Below, one piece after another: positions 8,955 through 21,727 of a stretch of DNA of 64,000 nucleotides. Position 1 is the first letter of the stretch, and the number at the start of each line of letters is the position of its first letter. Position numbers and translations under genes: made by a program. The stretch spans positions 1 through 64,000 of the forward strand of contig JBJOMY010000001.1 in the NCBI GenBank assembly GCA_046052125.1, read 5' to 3'. The notes under the pieces are model-generated. The model worked only from the letters and a program-made list of their open reading frames with translations, had not been told where the DNA came from and ran no database searches. Source of the stretch: Cyanobacteriota bacterium (GTDB lineage Bacteria; Cyanobacteriota; Cyanobacteriia; PCC-6307; Cyanobiaceae).

Positions 8955-10754
8955 GTGCCCGCCCCACCAGCCCACCGCTGCAGCGCTGCCGACAACCTCA
9001 AGGCCGCGCTCACCCTGCTGCAGGCCCTGCAGTCGCTGGGCCTTCTGCGCCTGGTGCTCTGCCCCGGCAGCCGTTCGGCTCCCTTAGCCGTGGCCGCCGG
9101 CTTGCTGGAGCCGACTGGGCTGCACTTGATCACCGGGGTGGATGAGCGCTCTGCCGCCTTTCTGGCCCTTGGACTTGGTCGGGCTGATGGTTGCCCCACC
9201 GCGGTGGTCACCACCTCCGGCAGCGCTGTGGCCAACCTGCTGCCCGCAGTGGTGGAGGCCGATCACGGGGCTGTTCCGCTGCTCCTCCTCACCGCAGATC
9301 GACCCCTGCGGCTGAAGGGCTGCGGCGCCAACCAAACGGTGAACCAGGAGCAGTTCCTTGCCCCTTGTTGCCGCTGGTTTGCCAGTGGTGATCCTCAGGG
9401 GCTGGCGGCGATGCCCTCAGATTCACTGGTGGCACTGGCGCAGCGCGCCTGGCGCGAGGCCAACGGCTCCCCTGCCGGAGCGGTACACCTCAACCTGCCT
9501 TTTGAAGAGCCGCTGCACCCTTCTGCGGAGCAGATCGAGGCCAGCAGCCAGGTGATTGCAGCGGTAGCGCCTGCGCTTGCTGCTCCACGGCCTCGGGTCG
9601 AGGTCGATGTAGAGGCGGCTTCGCGGTTGTCTCTCAACCCCGATCAGCCGGGGGCCGTGGTGGTGGGCCCTTGGCGCGGGCCTGCCTCAGGGCTGAAGCC
9701 CTTTGCCCAAGCGCTGCTGCGCTGGCAGCGGCGCAGTGGCTGGCCCGTCTTCGCCGATGGCCTCTCGGGTTTGCGGGGCTGGCCTGAGCTTCAGATCGTG
9801 CATGGCTACGACCTGCTCCTGGCCGATGGACACGCACTGCCAGCGGCTCCTCAGTTGTTGCGCCTGGGCTCGATGCCCGCCAGCCGCAGGCTGCAGCAGT
9901 GGATCAGTGCCTGCCGCGGCCCGCAGCTGCTGATCACCGAGCACGATCCCCGCAACCTCGATGCCACTGGCACGGCCAGCCAGCAGTTGGATTGCGGGCT
10001 GACGGCCTGGATCGACAGCCTCGAGGAGGTGGCTGACTGCCCGAGCCCAGACCCCAATCGCCTCTGGCTGCAGCAATGGCTCCAGGCGGATCAGCAGCTC
10101 CAAAAGCAACTGGATCAGCAGCTTCCGAGCAGCTGTTGCGAACCGTCTCTGGCCCGGGCGCTCAGTCGCCTGTTGCCTCCTGGCCTGCCCTTGATGCTGG
10201 CCAGCAGCAGTCCAGTGCGCGACTGGGAGAGCTTTGCGGCGGCCGATGCACCCCAGCGGCCGGTGTTTGGTTTCCGAGGAGCCTCAGGCATCGATGGCAC
10301 CCTGTCCGTGGCGGCCGGTCTGGCCATGAGCCACGGCGAGGCTGTGCTGCTCTGCGGTGATTTGGCCCTTTTGCACGATGCCAATGGCTGGCTGTGGCAC
10401 CGGCAGCTGGCCCAGCACCAAGCCCGGCTCACGGTGGTGCTGGTGGAGAACAGCGGTGGGGGCATCTTCGAGCAGTTGCCCATCCGTGCCGGCGGCTCGC
10501 TGGATTTTGAGCGGCTGTTCGCCATGCCTCAGTCGCTCGATCACACCGCACTGGCAGCCGGCTACGGCATCACTTCGCGCCGCGTTTCCTCTCTTGAGCA
10601 GCTCTCTGAGGCCATCGCCTGGGCCTCCAGCCAGGCGATGGTCCTGATTGAAGTGCGCACTGATCGCTTGGCGGATGCGGCCCTGCGTCAGCACTGCCGC
10701 CGCACAATGGCCTCCTCTCCCGTGGGATCCGATGGCGCCAAACCCCTCCCCTGA
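8955..10754 (+). CDS. menD: SEPHCHC synthase
   Basis: [42 protein letters not shown]. Confidence 0.95.
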   Translation: MPAPPAHRCSAADNLKAALTLLQALQSLGLLRLVLCPGSRSAPLAVAAGLLEPTGLHLITGVDERSAAFLALGLGRADGCPTAVVTTSGSAVANLLPAVVEADHGAVPLLLLTADRPLRLKGCGANQTVNQEQFLAPCCRWFASGDPQGLAAMPSDSLVALAQRAWREANGSPAGAVHLNLPFEEPLHPSAEQIEASSQVIAAVAPALAAPRPRVEVDVEAASRLSLNPDQPGAVVVGPWRGPASGLKPFAQALLRWQRRSGWPVFADGLSGLRGWPELQIVHGYDLLLADGHALPAAPQLLRLGSMPASRRLQQWISACRGPQLLITEHDPRNLDATGTASQQLDCGLTAWIDSLEEVADCPSPDPNRLWLQQWLQADQQLQKQLDQQLPSSCCEPSLARALSRLLPPGLPLMLASSSPVRDWESFAAADAPQRPVFGFRGASGIDGTLSVAAGLAMSHGEAVLLCGDLALLHDANGWLWHRQLAQHQARLTVVLVENSGGGIFEQLPIRAGGSLDFERLFAMPQSLDHTALAAGYGITSRRVSSLEQLSEAIAWASSQAMVLIEVRTDRLADAALRQHCRRTMASSPVGSDGAKPLP

Positions 10755-11604
10755 GCAGGCCAGCGCAGCGTCGATCCTCTGGCAGCCCCAGGGTTCCTAC
10801 AGCGACATCCTGTTTGACCTCAGTGAGGAGGGCATCGCCCGCATCACCATCAATCGACCTCACAAACGCAACGCGTTTCGTCCTCAGACGGTGACGGAGC
10901 TTTACGACGCGTTTTCCAGGGTCCGCGACAACCCCCGGATCGGGGTGGTGCTGTTCACCGGGGCTGGTCCTGCCGCCGATGGCGGCTATGCCTTCTGTGC
11001 CGGCGGCGACCAGAGCGTGCGCGGTGATGGCGGCTATGTGGGCGATGACGGTTTGCCCCGGCTGAATGTGCTGGATCTGCAACGCCTGATCCGCAGCCTG
11101 CCCAAGGTGGTGATCGCGTTGGTGGCCGGCTATGCCATCGGCGGCGGCCAGGTGCTGCACCTGCTCTGTGATCTCAGCCTGGCCGCGGAGAACGCGGTCT
11201 TTGGCCAAACGGGGCCCAAGGTGGGCAGCTTTGACGGTGGCTTTGGTGCTGGCTATCTGGCCCGGCTGGTCGGCCAGCGCAAGGCCCGTGAGATCTGGTT
11301 TCTCTGCCGTCAGTACGGAGCCGTTGAGGCGCTGCAGATGGGCCTGGTGAATGCGGTCGTGCCCCTGGCAGAGCTGGAGGCTGAGGGGATTCGTTGGGCC
11401 CGGGAGGTGCTGCAGCACAGCCCCACGGCGATCCGCTGTTTGAAGGCGGCCTTCAACGCCGAAACCGACGGCCTTGCTGGGATTCAGGAGCTAGCTGGTC
11501 AGGCCACCCACCTCTTCTATCGAACGGCGGAGGGCCAGGAGGGTCGTAATGCGTTTCTCGAAAAGCGGGCGCCGGATTTTTCAGATTCTCCTTGGCTCCC
11601 TTGA
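10732..11604 (+). CDS. menB: 1,4-dihydroxy-2-naphthoyl-CoA synthase
   Basis: [30 protein letters not shown]. Confidence 0.97.
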   Translation: MAPNPSPEQASAASILWQPQGSYSDILFDLSEEGIARITINRPHKRNAFRPQTVTELYDAFSRVRDNPRIGVVLFTGAGPAADGGYAFCAGGDQSVRGDGGYVGDDGLPRLNVLDLQRLIRSLPKVVIALVAGYAIGGGQVLHLLCDLSLAAENAVFGQTGPKVGSFDGGFGAGYLARLVGQRKAREIWFLCRQYGAVEALQMGLVNAVVPLAELEAEGIRWAREVLQHSPTAIRCLKAAFNAETDGLAGIQELAGQATHLFYRTAEGQEGRNAFLEKRAPDFSDSPWLP

Positions 11605-12253
11605 GCTTCCGTGCTGGCTAGCTGTGGGTGAGATAGCTCGTGTTGTTGTGACAGCTTCCCGCGTGTCTGGATGGTTGGTTGGCGCCGCACTTGGTGTGGC
11701 GCCGCTGCTCTCTCCTGCCCTCGCCCGGCAGCCCGATCCGATCCCGCCACCGGCGCCGGCGATCAGTGATGCCGTGGCCCTGAGCCGCATTCCCTCCGAT
11801 CTGATCGACCAGGAGGGTTTGCATTTGGTGCTCGATCGCCAGACCCGCCAATTGATGGTGCTTAAGGACGGCCGCTTGTTGCGCCGTTACCCGGCGGCTG
11901 TCGGCACCGACGGCTGGGAAACCCCCGCGGGTCGTCACCAAGTGATGGAGATGGTGGCCCATCCGATCTGGGAGCACCCGGGAAATGGCCGGCAGGTGGG
12001 TCCCGGCGGCAACAATCCACTCGGCTCCCGCTGGATCGGCTTCTACCGCAACTGCACGCCTCGAGCGAATGCCTGGGATGGTGAGCGTTATCTGAGTGTG
12101 GATGGCTGCACCGTGGCGGGCTTCCACGGCACCCCCCACCGCTGGACCGTGGGCCGGGCGGTGTCCCATGGCTGCGTCCGCCTGTTTGAGGAGAACGTGC
12201 AGGAGGTGTTCGAGCTCGTGCAAGTGGGCACACCGGTGACGGTTCTTCCCTGA
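11549..12253 (+). CDS. L,D-transpeptidase (YkuD family); true start probably about 11624
   Basis: [20 protein letters not shown]...SHGCVRL. Confidence 0.92.
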   Translation: MRFSKSGRRIFQILLGSLELPCWLAVGEIARVVVTASRVSGWLVGAALGVAPLLSPALARQPDPIPPPAPAISDAVALSRIPSDLIDQEGLHLVLDRQTRQLMVLKDGRLLRRYPAAVGTDGWETPAGRHQVMEMVAHPIWEHPGNGRQVGPGGNNPLGSRWIGFYRNCTPRANAWDGERYLSVDGCTVAGFHGTPHRWTVGRAVSHGCVRLFEENVQEVFELVQVGTPVTVLP

Positions 12254-12297
12254 CTGAAACCACCCGTAGAGTTGCGCCCACTTTCAGCCGGATCCCC

Positions 12298-13830
12298 ATG
12301 CGGGTGCTGTTTGCCGCAGCCGAATGCGCCCCAATGGTGAAGGTGGGGGGGATGGGCGATGTGGTGGGATCACTCCCCCCCGCCCTGCAACCCCTCGGGC
12401 ATGACGTGCGGCTAATCATGCCGGGCTATGGCCGGCTCTGGAGCCAGCTCGACATACCCGCTGAGCCGATCTGGCGCGGCCACACGATGGGCACCGACTT
12501 TGCGGTGTTTGAAACCCGTCACCCCAGCAACGGTCTGCCCCTTTATCTGGTGGGGCATCCGGTTTTTGATCCAGAGCGCATCTACGGCGGCGAAGACGAG
12601 GACTGGCGCTTCACCTTCTTCGCCAGTGCCACCGCTGAATTCGCCTGGAATCACTGGAAACCCGACATCCTTCACTGCCATGACTGGCACACGGGGATGA
12701 TCCCGGTGTGGATGCATCAGGACCCCGATATCAGCACGGTGTTCACCATCCACAACCTCAAATATCAGGGGCCGTGGCGCTGGAAGCTCGACCGCATGAC
12801 CTGGTGCCCCTGGTACATGCAGGGCGATCACACCATGGCGGCAGCGTTGCTCTACGCCGATCGGGTGAATGCGGTCTCACCCACCTACGCCCAAGAGATT
12901 CGCACCTCCGAGTACGGCGAAAAACTGGAGGGATTGCTCAACTACATCAGCGGCAAGCTGCGCGGCATCCTCAACGGCATTGATCAGGAGGCCTGGAATC
13001 CGGCGTCGGATCCCACCCTGCCGGCCAACTTCAGCGTGGATGACCTCAGCGGCAAGGCGGAATGCAAACGCGTGCTTCAGGAGCGGATGGGCCTGGCGGT
13101 GAATCCCGACACCTATCTGATGGGTTTGGTGAGCCGGCTGGTGGATCAGAAGGGGGTGGATTTGCTGCTGCAGGTGGCTGATCGGGTGCTCGCCTATTCC
13201 GATACGCAGTTTGTGGTGCTTGGCACCGGTGATCGCCACATCGAGTCGGGGCTTTGGCAGATGGCGGCCCGCCATCCCGGTCGCTTCGCCGTGTTCCTCA
13301 CCTACGACGATGCCCTGTCGCGGTTGATCTATGCAGGCAGCGACGCCTTCTTGATGCCCAGTCGATTCGAGCCCTGCGGCATCAGTCAGCTGCTGGCGAT
13401 GCGCTACGGCTCCATCCCGGTGGTGCGGCGTGTGGGTGGTCTTGTGGACACGGTGCCGCCGCATGTTCCCAACGCCCACACCGGCACGGGCTTCTGCTTT
13501 GACCGCTACGACCCGCTCGACTTCTACACCTCGATCGTGCGCTCCTGGGAGGCGTATCGCCATGGCGACAGCTGGCGTGAGCTGCAACGCCGGGCCATGA
13601 CCGCCGACTACAGCTGGGATCGCTCCGCTCTGGAGTACGACCGGATGTACAAGGAGGTGAAGGGAGTGAAGGAGCCCACGCCTGATGCGCACGCGGTGGA
13701 GCAGTTCTCCCAGGGGCAATCCGCTGACCCCAGCCTCAAAGGTGGAGCCCAACCGCCCCGCGACGAGCCTGTGGTGAGTGCTGGCCTGCGCAATCCCCTC
13801 TCATTGCTGCGCCGCCGCGGTGGTGGTTGA
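12298..13830 (+). CDS. glgA: Glycogen synthase
   Basis: [31 protein letters not shown]. Confidence 0.97.
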   Translation: MRVLFAAAECAPMVKVGGMGDVVGSLPPALQPLGHDVRLIMPGYGRLWSQLDIPAEPIWRGHTMGTDFAVFETRHPSNGLPLYLVGHPVFDPERIYGGEDEDWRFTFFASATAEFAWNHWKPDILHCHDWHTGMIPVWMHQDPDISTVFTIHNLKYQGPWRWKLDRMTWCPWYMQGDHTMAAALLYADRVNAVSPTYAQEIRTSEYGEKLEGLLNYISGKLRGILNGIDQEAWNPASDPTLPANFSVDDLSGKAECKRVLQERMGLAVNPDTYLMGLVSRLVDQKGVDLLLQVADRVLAYSDTQFVVLGTGDRHIESGLWQMAARHPGRFAVFLTYDDALSRLIYAGSDAFLMPSRFEPCGISQLLAMRYGSIPVVRRVGGLVDTVPPHVPNAHTGTGFCFDRYDPLDFYTSIVRSWEAYRHGDSWRELQRRAMTADYSWDRSALEYDRMYKEVKGVKEPTPDAHAVEQFSQGQSADPSLKGGAQPPRDEPVVSAGLRNPLSLLRRRGGG

Positions 13831-13839
13831 TTAGCAGGG

Positions 13840-14667
13840 ATGGCCCTGCCGCCGCCCCAGGATCCAGCCCTGCAGCCCGCGTCGCGCGATCTGCCTGCCG
13901 CTTATCGCAACCCCTGGCAGAACCTTCGGGACGACCTGGAGGCTGTCGTTGCCGATCTGCGCCTCCGGAGCCAGGAGCTTTGGCGACGCAATGGCCAGGG
14001 CAGCCTCTGGCGACCCAGCTGGTGGCCGAGCGATCTGGCGCCCCTGTTTTGGCCCTTGGTGTTGGGTCTCGCGATTGCGCTGAGTGCGATCGGGATCGCA
14101 GCTGCTGCGACAGCTCTGCGAGGAGTTCAGCCTGATGTTGCGGCCAGTCGTTCTGTCGTGGCTTCGGCTGATCAGGACCGGGGAACTGAGCAGCGCCTTC
14201 AACAGCCTGCTGATGAGCCTGAGGCGCGTTGGGTTGAGGGTGGTGATGGCACCCCAGAAACAATCGCTGAAGGCAGCGCCGATGCAACCGCTGATGCCGG
14301 AGTCGATCTGCCCTGGCCCCCCCTAGAAGACGTCTCAAGCCTGGATGCTGCTCCACCAGCAGAGCCCGAGACACCTCAGGCTCCAGTGGATCCCTTGGCT
14401 GAGCTGGTGCAACGCCCCGCGGCCGATGGACTGTTGACGGGAGCCCAGGTGCTCCCAGATCAGGTGACCTTGCAACTGCAAGTGAGCGCAGGGTTTGATC
14501 GTCTGCCGGCTGCTGAACAGCAGCGACGGGCTCTGCAGTGGCAGCAATGGGCTACGGATCTCGGCTACGACCACCTTGAGCTGCGCGATTCACGCGCTGG
14601 CCTGTTGGCGCGGGATGCGTTGGTGGGCAGCGGCATGATCGTGCTCAGTGAGTCGTCCCGGCCCTGA
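13840..14667 (+). CDS. Conserved hypothetical membrane-anchored protein
   Basis: ORF fills the glgA-murF gap; one TM, acidic linker, LLARDALVGSGMI C-terminus. Confidence 0.75.
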   Translation: MALPPPQDPALQPASRDLPAAYRNPWQNLRDDLEAVVADLRLRSQELWRRNGQGSLWRPSWWPSDLAPLFWPLVLGLAIALSAIGIAAAATALRGVQPDVAASRSVVASADQDRGTEQRLQQPADEPEARWVEGGDGTPETIAEGSADATADAGVDLPWPPLEDVSSLDAAPPAEPETPQAPVDPLAELVQRPAADGLLTGAQVLPDQVTLQLQVSAGFDRLPAAEQQRRALQWQQWATDLGYDHLELRDSRAGLLARDALVGSGMIVLSESSRP

Positions 14668-14671
14668 TCTG

Positions 14672-16030
14672 ATGCAGCTCGGCGCTTTGATCGCACGCTG
14701 GGGTGAGCCTCTCGGCGGGCGTGGCCCTTGGGATCCCGCCACACCCCTGGGCCCCATCTGCACCGATAGCCGTCAGTTGGCAGCGGGTCAGGTGTTTGTG
14801 CCGCTGGTGGGCGAGCGCTTTGATGGCCATTGCTTCCTGCCTCAAGCCGCAGCCATCGGCGCCCAGGCTGCGCTGGTGCAGCGCGAGCGAGCAGGAGATG
14901 TTCCCGCTGAACTGCTCCACTGGCTCGTGGATGACACCACCGATGCCTACCAGCAGTTGGCCTTGCTGCATCGCCGTGCCCTGGACCTTCCGGTGGTGGC
15001 GGTAACCGGATCAGCCGGTAAAACCACGACCCGGGAGTTGATCCGTGCTGCCCTAAGCCCCCTCGGCTCGGTGGTGGCCAGCAGCGGCAATGAAAACAAC
15101 GACATCGGTGTGCCCCTCACCCTGCTCAAGGCCGGTGTGGCCGATCGGGCGGTGGTGGTGGAGATGGGCATGCGCGGCCTCGGTGAGATCGATCGGCTCA
15201 GTCGCTGTGCCGAACCCGATGTGGCAGTGATCACCAACATCGGCACCGCACATATCGGCCGGCTGGGTAGCCGCGAAGCGATCGCTACGGCAAAAACTGA
15301 GATCACCAGTTGCCTCAAGCCAGAGGGCCTGCTCGTGTTTCCAGCGGCTGATCCGTTGCTCGAGGCCGCGGTGGCTCAGGTGTGGAGCGGCCGCATCTGC
15401 CGGGTTGCCCTGAGTGATGACCCTGGTAGCGCTGAGGCTGATCTAACGGCAGCACTCGATGCATCGGGCGAGTGGTTGACCCTCCAGGGGCAACGGCTGC
15501 ACCCGCCGCTATCCGGCCGTCACAACGCGCGCAACCTGCTGTTGGCCGTGGCCGTGGCCCAGGAGTTGGGAGTCGAGCTCGCCGCACTGCAGCAGCTCGA
15601 GGTTGATGTGCCTGGTGGCCGGAACCGCCGGCTCGAGCTCGGTGGCCTCACCCTGCTCGATGAGACTTACAACGCATCCCCGGAGGCGGTGCTGGCTGCC
15701 CTTGAGCTGCTGGCGTCCCAGCCCGGTCGGCGTTTCGCTGTGCTGGGCACCATGTTGGAGCTTGGTGAACAGAGTGTGGAGCTGCACCGGCGCGTAGCCG
15801 AACGCGCGGCCGCCCTTGGCCTTGATGGACTGGTGGTGGTGAGCGGCGGTGCGGAGGCCGAAGCGATGGCGGCAGCGGCCCAGGGCTTGCCGCGGTTGGC
15901 CGTGGTGGCTGAACCGCAGCAGGCTGCTGGCCCCCTGGGCGACTGGCTTCAGCCCGGGGACGTGCTTTTGCTCAAAGCCAGTCGGGGCATTGCTCTGGAG
16001 CGGTTGATCCCGCTGTTGCCACCGCTTTAG
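14672..16030 (+). CDS. murF: UDP-MurNAc-tripeptide--D-Ala-D-Ala ligase
   Basis: TDSR, FDGH, TGSAGKTTT, EMGM, ETYNASP, LKASRG. Confidence 0.96.
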   Translation: MQLGALIARWGEPLGGRGPWDPATPLGPICTDSRQLAAGQVFVPLVGERFDGHCFLPQAAAIGAQAALVQRERAGDVPAELLHWLVDDTTDAYQQLALLHRRALDLPVVAVTGSAGKTTTRELIRAALSPLGSVVASSGNENNDIGVPLTLLKAGVADRAVVVEMGMRGLGEIDRLSRCAEPDVAVITNIGTAHIGRLGSREAIATAKTEITSCLKPEGLLVFPAADPLLEAAVAQVWSGRICRVALSDDPGSAEADLTAALDASGEWLTLQGQRLHPPLSGRHNARNLLLAVAVAQELGVELAALQQLEVDVPGGRNRRLELGGLTLLDETYNASPEAVLAALELLASQPGRRFAVLGTMLELGEQSVELHRRVAERAAALGLDGLVVVSGGAEAEAMAAAAQGLPRLAVVAEPQQAAGPLGDWLQPGDVLLLKASRGIALERLIPLLPPL

Positions 16031-16061
16031 CCCCAGGATTGTTGGTGGGTCAGCAACCCCT

Positions 16062-17411
16062 TCAGCCCGGGGCTTGCCAATGTTCCTTCACCAGCTGTTT
16101 GGCGCGGCCCAAGGCCAGGGCGCCGCTGGGCACATCCTTGGTGAGGGTCGATCCGGCGCCAACGGTCACATTGGAGCCGAGCTGGATCGGTGCCACCAGC
16201 ACGCTGTTGGCTCCTGTTTTGCTGCCGGCGCCGATCACGGTGCGGTGTTTGTTCACGCCGTCGTAGTTGGCGGTAATGGTGCCGGCGCCCACGTTCACAT
16301 CAGCGCCTAAGTCGGCGTCGCCGATGTAGCTGAGGTGGTTCACCTTGCAGCCGGCCGCCAGGCTGCTCTTCTTGATTTCCACGAAATTGCCCACCCGGCA
16401 GCCCTCGCCGAGATCGGCGCCAGGGCGCAGCTGGGCGTAGGGGCCGATCGAGCAATCACTGGCCACTACGGCATCGCGCACCACGGAGTAGAGGATCTCC
16501 ACCCCATCGCCGATCCGAGCGTTGTCGATCAGGGTGCCCGGGCCGATGCGGCAACCGCTGCCGATCACGGTGTCGCCCCGGAAGTGACATTGCGGCTCCA
16601 CCACCACATCGCGTCCGAAGCGGGTGCCGTCGCTGAGGGTGCAGCTGAGGGGATCCATAAAGGTCACACCTTCCGTCATCCAGTGGCGCCGGAGCCGCTC
16701 CTGAATCACCGCTTCGCATTGGGCGAGTTGCAGACGGTCGTTGATGCCGTTGATCTCATCAGCATCGGCCACCTCCACATGCATGGCTGGACTGAGCATC
16801 GCCACGGTGTCGGTGAGATACAGCTCGCCTTGGTCGTTATCGGTGCTCAGCTTCGGCAGCACGGCCGCTAGCTGGCGCCAGTTGAAGCAATAGATGCCCG
16901 CATTGGTGAGGTTGTTGGCACGCTGGACTTCGCTGCAGTCGCGGTGCTCCACGATCGCTGAAACCTGCCCGTCTTCATCCGCAAAAACGCGGCCGTAGCC
17001 GGTGGGATCGCTGAGGCGCGCGGTGAGCAGGGTGACGGCTGCACCGCTGCTGCGATGGCGCTCCAGCAGGTTGATGATCGTTTGCTCGCGCAGCAGCGGC
17101 ACATCGCCGTTGAGCACCAGGAGCTCACCCTCAAAATCCTCAAGGGGCTCGAGCAGTTGCTGCACGGCGTGGCCAGTGCCGTTCTGGGGTTGCTGCAGCA
17201 CAAACTCCAGGCCAGGCCGGTGAGCCAGTGATTGCTCCACCCGCTCAGCCTGATGACCCACGATCAGCAGCTGGCGCTGCGGAGCGAGGCTGTTGCAGCT
17301 GGCCAGCACCCGTTCCACCAGGGTGGAGCCTGCCAAGGGCTGCAGCACCTTGGGCAGATCGCTCTTCATGCGGGTGCCCTTCCCGGCGGCCAACACGGCA
17401 ACGGCGAGCAT
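16062..17411 (-). CDS. glmU: Bifunctional UDP-GlcNAc pyrophosphorylase / glucosamine-1-P acetyltransferase
   Basis: [32 protein letters not shown]. Confidence 0.97.
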   Translation of the reverse strand: MLAVAVLAAGKGTRMKSDLPKVLQPLAGSTLVERVLASCNSLAPQRQLLIVGHQAERVEQSLAHRPGLEFVLQQPQNGTGHAVQQLLEPLEDFEGELLVLNGDVPLLREQTIINLLERHRSSGAAVTLLTARLSDPTGYGRVFADEDGQVSAIVEHRDCSEVQRANNLTNAGIYCFNWRQLAAVLPKLSTDNDQGELYLTDTVAMLSPAMHVEVADADEINGINDRLQLAQCEAVIQERLRRHWMTEGVTFMDPLSCTLSDGTRFGRDVVVEPQCHFRGDTVIGSGCRIGPGTLIDNARIGDGVEILYSVVRDAVVASDCSIGPYAQLRPGADLGEGCRVGNFVEIKKSSLAAGCKVNHLSYIGDADLGADVNVGAGTITANYDGVNKHRTVIGAGSKTGANSVLVAPIQLGSNVTVGAGSTLTKDVPSGALALGRAKQLVKEHWQAPG

Positions 17412-17439
17412 CTGCGATCGGGCACAACTGGCCGGGAAT

Positions 17440-18345
17440 CTACTGGTGGCGGCTGGAGCCGATCCCCCAGCGCCGGCGCCAGGCGCCCGTGCCCTCCACC
17501 TGGCCGCTTGCCATCGCGATGGTCTGAGCCTGCTGCCGCTCCCGCAGGATCGTGGCGCGATCTGCCACACCGCTGGGGTCGCGGTAGGGCTCCGCTGCAT
17601 TGGTGAGCAGATGCTCCTCTTCCATCGGGCTGAGGGACCTGAGCAGCGGCTCACCAGCCAGTGGGCTTGGGCTGGCTGCAGTCCCGCCGCTCCAGTCGCT
17701 GCTTTGCTGCAACAGACCCGAGGGGGCTTCAATGCTGGCGAGCTGGAGCCCTGCGAGGCGCAGGGCGCGGCGGACGGCCGCAGCACTGCAGTAGGTGAGC
17801 AGTCGACCGTTGGCTTTCAGCAGCGCCCCCAACGCACCCAGAAACTCGACGCTCCAGAGCTGCGGGCAGCGGCTCGGGGAGAAGGCATCCATCAACACCA
17901 GATCCAGTTGGCCGCGCTGTTGATCCAGCAGTTCGGGCAAGCGTTGGCGTGCATCGCCCCAGAGCATGCGCTCGGAGTGGCAGAGCTGCTGGAGCTGTTG
18001 GATGGTGCCTGGGTGCCACTGGCTGCAGAAGCCCGCATCCGCGAGAGCCAGCTCGAGCGGTTCACGATCGAGCTCTAATCCCCACCAGTTGAGGCTGAGT
18101 CCTCTGGCTTCACAGGCCTCGAGCAGAGCTGCGGTGTTGCACCCCGTGCCAACACACACATCCAGCACCTGCAGGCAGCTGCCGGCGGGCCAGCGATCGA
18201 GATCGGCCGGCGCCACAAATTTCTGGCGGGCCTCCTCTAGGGCGCCCACACCACTGTGGAAGGCCTCACCAAACTCGCTGCTGAACAGGCTGAAACTGCC
18301 GTCGGCCGTTCGCCGGGGTTCAAGCCTGGAGCCGTTCGAGGTCAT
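17440..18345 (-). CDS. MnmC/MnmD-like SAM-dependent methyltransferase
   Basis: [37 protein letters not shown]. Confidence 0.85.
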   Translation of the reverse strand: MTSNGSRLEPRRTADGSFSLFSSEFGEAFHSGVGALEEARQKFVAPADLDRWPAGSCLQVLDVCVGTGCNTAALLEACEARGLSLNWWGLELDREPLELALADAGFCSQWHPGTIQQLQQLCHSERMLWGDARQRLPELLDQQRGQLDLVLMDAFSPSRCPQLWSVEFLGALGALLKANGRLLTYCSAAAVRRALRLAGLQLASIEAPSGLLQQSSDWSGGTAASPSPLAGEPLLRSLSPMEEEHLLTNAAEPYRDPSGVADRATILRERQQAQTIAMASGQVEGTGAWRRRWGIGSSRHQ

Positions 18346-19627
18346 CCCAGAAGGTGGGGTACGACACGGCGGCCGCCTCGGGCCGATGGAGCTGCGTGCT
18401 GCCGGTCGCGATTTGAGCCGCCACGGCCAGGCTCATTGCCACCCGGTGGTCGGTTTCGCTGTCCACTTCGGCGCCGCGCAGCTGGACGCCGCCTTGGATC
18501 GACATCCCATCGGCGAATTCTTCGATCTGGGCGCCCATGGCCCCCAGCTGGCGAGCCATCACCGCCAGCCGATCGGTTTCCTTCACCCGCAGCTCTTCGG
18601 CACCGGTCACGCGGCTGACTCCCTCGGCGCAGCAGGCCGCCACCGCCAAAACGGGAATCTCATCCACCAGGCGCGGGATCAGCTCGGCGCCGATCTCAAA
18701 CGCCTGGAGAGGGCCGTGGGTGACCCTCAGATCTCCCACCGGTTCACCGGCCACATCGCGTTGGTTGAGCACCTGGATGCGCGCACCCATCTGCTCGAGC
18801 ACATCGAGAATGCCCGTGCGGCTGGGGTTGAGCCCAACGTTTTCCACGGTGAGATCCGCACCAGGGGTGATCGCGCCGGCCACCAGCCAGAAGGCGGCGG
18901 AGCTGATGTCGCCAGGCACCACCACGCTTTGGCCCTGTAAGCGGTTCCCAGGTACCACCGTCACCTCGGTGTCACCGGCACCCCCCACGGTGAGCTGAGC
19001 GCCGAAAGCTCGCAGCATCCGCTCGCTGTGGTCGCGGCTTTGCACCGGTTCAATCACGGTGGTTGGGCCTTCAGCCGTCAGCGCTGCCAGCAGGATGGCG
19101 CTCTTCACCTGGGCAGACGCCACGGGAGTGCGGATGGTGGTGCCTCGCAGCTGGCAGCCCTGAATCGCCAGGGGAGCCAGGTTGCCGCCGCTGCGTCCGG
19201 CGATGCTGGCGCCCATCTCCGCGAGTGGGCCGCCGACGCGTTTCATCGGACGCCGCCGGAGGGAGTCATCGCCGGTGAGCACGAAGTGGCGGCCGCTGCG
19301 ACCCGCCAACAGGCCCAGCATCAGGCGCATGGTGGTGCCGGAGTTGCCGCAATCCAGAACGCTTTCGGGCTCCTGGAACCCATCAAGGCCCACACCGCGC
19401 ACCACCACGGTTTGCCCCGCTTCGATGGGCGATACCTCAACGCCCATCGCCCGCAGGCAGGCGGCCGTGCTGAGCGGATCCTCGGCAGGCAGCAATCCTT
19501 CAATCGTTGTGGTGCCTTCGGCGATGGCCCCGAACAGCAGCGAGCGGTGTGAGATCGATTTGTCGCCGGGTACCTGCACGCGGCCCTTGAGGCTGCGGCC
19601 AGCGGTGGTTCCCAGGGCGAGGGGCAT
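18320..19627 (-). CDS. aroA: EPSP synthase
   Basis: [39 protein letters not shown]. Confidence 0.97.
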   Translation of the reverse strand: MPLALGTTAGRSLKGRVQVPGDKSISHRSLLFGAIAEGTTTIEGLLPAEDPLSTAACLRAMGVEVSPIEAGQTVVVRGVGLDGFQEPESVLDCGNSGTTMRLMLGLLAGRSGRHFVLTGDDSLRRRPMKRVGGPLAEMGASIAGRSGGNLAPLAIQGCQLRGTTIRTPVASAQVKSAILLAALTAEGPTTVIEPVQSRDHSERMLRAFGAQLTVGGAGDTEVTVVPGNRLQGQSVVVPGDISSAAFWLVAGAITPGADLTVENVGLNPSRTGILDVLEQMGARIQVLNQRDVAGEPVGDLRVTHGPLQAFEIGAELIPRLVDEIPVLAVAACCAEGVSRVTGAEELRVKETDRLAVMARQLGAMGAQIEEFADGMSIQGGVQLRGAEVDSETDHRVAMSLAVAAQIATGSTQLHRPEAAAVSYPTFWDDLERLQA

Positions 19628-19673
19628 GGAGGCACGGGAGAGTGCAGCGAGCGTAGGCATCAGCCGCCGGCCC

Positions 19674-20132
19674 TCAGCCCAGCATCAGTCCGCCGCCATC
19701 GTTGAGGCTGGCGCGGCAGCTCTGGAGATCGAACAGCAACTCCTCCAGGGTGAACTGCTGCAATTCCCGCTCCATGGCCCGTTGCAGCCGGTTGCTCATG
19801 CTGATCAACACGCGCGCTTCGGCGCTGTGGTGTGGGTTTGGCGCCGCTAGCGCATCCTGAGCGAGCAGCTGCAGATCTGCGCCGACGGCCGTGAGCACCT
19901 GCGCCACAGCAATCTGAGCCGCTGGCCGCGCGAGCCGGTACCCCCCTTGCCGCCCGCGCCGAGCCTCCAGCAGGCCGGAGCGCCGCAGCTGCCGCAGCAG
20001 CTGTTCGAGCATCGGAGCCGGCAGCTCTTGGCTGGAGGCAATGTCCGCCACCGATCGCCAGCGATCGGGCTCCTGGGCCAGCTCCAGCAGCGCCTGCAGC
20101 GCCTGCTGTCCGCTGCGGCGCAGCAGGCTCAT
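19674..20132 (-). CDS. Rrf2 family transcriptional regulator
   Basis: wHTH with [30 protein letters not shown]. Confidence 0.9.
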   Translation of the reverse strand: MSLLRRSGQQALQALLELAQEPDRWRSVADIASSQELPAPMLEQLLRQLRRSGLLEARRGRQGGYRLARPAAQIAVAQVLTAVGADLQLLAQDALAAPNPHHSAEARVLISMSNRLQRAMERELQQFTLEELLFDLQSCRASLNDGGGLMLG

Positions 20133-21673
20133 GCCCGCTGGGCGAGCCGCTCCAGCACCTGCTCGAGCGCATAACCGAACAGGGCGGGGTCGGGATCGCT
20201 CTGGCCCACATCCGCGAGCCCCAGCTCGGCCCAGCGTTCATCCAGCTGTGCCTCCAGTTCAGCCGGCCGGCTGAGCGGCTCACCCCAGGGGTGATTGCGC
20301 TCGGGGCCGAGCTTCGTGGTGGCATCGATCGCCAGGCGACCGCCCAGGCCCAGCTGTTCGCTGGCGAAATCGAGGGTGTCGAAGGGGGTGTTTTCCACAA
20401 CGATCAAATCGCGCTGCGGATCCACCAGGGCGCTGATCGCCCAGATCACCTGGCGCGGGTCGCGGATGTTGATCGACTTGTCCACCACCACCACGAATTT
20501 GGTGTAAGTGAACTGAGGCAGGGCTGTCCAGAAGGCCATGGCGGCGCGCTTGGCCTGGCCGGGATAGGCCTTGTCGATGGCGATCACCGCCAGCTTGTAG
20601 CTGAGGCCCTCCATCGGCAGGAAGAAATCCACGATCTCCGGGATCTGCTGGCGCAGGATCGGCGTGTAGATGCGGTTGAGGGCGATGGCGAGCATCGCGT
20701 CTTCCTTGGGAGGGCGGCCGCTGAAGGTGGTGAAGTAAATCGGATTGCGGCGCTGGGTGACGCACTGGATCCGCACAAGGGGCGAATCCTCCACACCGCC
20801 GTAGAAGCCCATGTGGTCGCCGAAGGGCCCATCGGCCAGCTCTTCGCCGGGGGTGATCGTGCCTTCGAGCACCACCTCGCTGTGGCTGGGCACTTCCAGG
20901 TTCACGGTCTTGCACTTGGCCAGCCGCACGCCCTCTCCGGCGTAGAGACCGGCGAACAGCCATTCGCTCAGCTGCACGGGGATCGGTGTGGCCGCCGCCA
21001 TCACCAGCAGCGGATGCACGCCGATGGCGATGGCGATCTCCAGCTTCTTGCCCATGGCTGCTGCCTTGCGCAGGTGCCGTGCGCCGCCGCGCACGCTCAG
21101 CCAGTGAACGGTCATCGTGTTGATCGACTGCTGCTGCAGCCGGTACACGCCCACGTTGGGGGTGCCGGTTTCCGGATCCTTGGTGATCACCAGGCCCAGA
21201 GTGAGGATGCGGCCGCCATCGCCTGGCCACGGGCGCAGCAGCGGCAGGGCATCGAGATTCACCGCCTCGCCCTTGAACACCTCCTGGCGGCAGGGGGGCG
21301 TGAGATCCAGATCCGGCCGGGCCTTGAGCACATCCAGCAGCACCGAGCCGAAGCGAACCGCTTCGCGGGCTCCCTTGGGGGGGCGGGGCTGCTGGAGCAG
21401 AGCGAGGCGCTCACCCAGGGCTTCCAGCTCCTCGGGGCGCTCCATCCCCATGCTCCAGAGCACCCGCTCTTGGGTGCCCATCAAGTTGATCGCCACCGGC
21501 ATCGAGGAGCCGATCACGTTGTCGAATAGCAGGGCCGGGCCGCCGCAGCTGAGCACCCGATCGGCAATGGCGGCCAGTTCCAGATCGGGATCCACCGGCG
21601 CGGTGATGCGGCGCAGCTGGCCTCGCTCCTCCAGCAGTTTGAGGAACCCGCGTAGGTCGCGCTGCGAACCCAT
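20129..21673 (-). CDS. ubiD: UbiD-family decarboxylase (plastoquinone pathway)
   Basis: NVGVYRLQ, DGPFGDHMGFY, GRPPKED, LDFAS. Confidence 0.95.
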   Translation of the reverse strand: MGSQRDLRGFLKLLEERGQLRRITAPVDPDLELAAIADRVLSCGGPALLFDNVIGSSMPVAINLMGTQERVLWSMGMERPEELEALGERLALLQQPRPPKGAREAVRFGSVLLDVLKARPDLDLTPPCRQEVFKGEAVNLDALPLLRPWPGDGGRILTLGLVITKDPETGTPNVGVYRLQQQSINTMTVHWLSVRGGARHLRKAAAMGKKLEIAIAIGVHPLLVMAAATPIPVQLSEWLFAGLYAGEGVRLAKCKTVNLEVPSHSEVVLEGTITPGEELADGPFGDHMGFYGGVEDSPLVRIQCVTQRRNPIYFTTFSGRPPKEDAMLAIALNRIYTPILRQQIPEIVDFFLPMEGLSYKLAVIAIDKAYPGQAKRAAMAFWTALPQFTYTKFVVVVDKSINIRDPRQVIWAISALVDPQRDLIVVENTPFDTLDFASEQLGLGGRLAIDATTKLGPERNHPWGEPLSRPAELEAQLDERWAELGLADVGQSDPDPALFGYALEQVLERLAQRA

Positions 21674-21727
21674 CAGCCTCAATCCACTGCCATGCGGTGC
21701 TTACTGTGACGCACCCCACCCGCCGCT

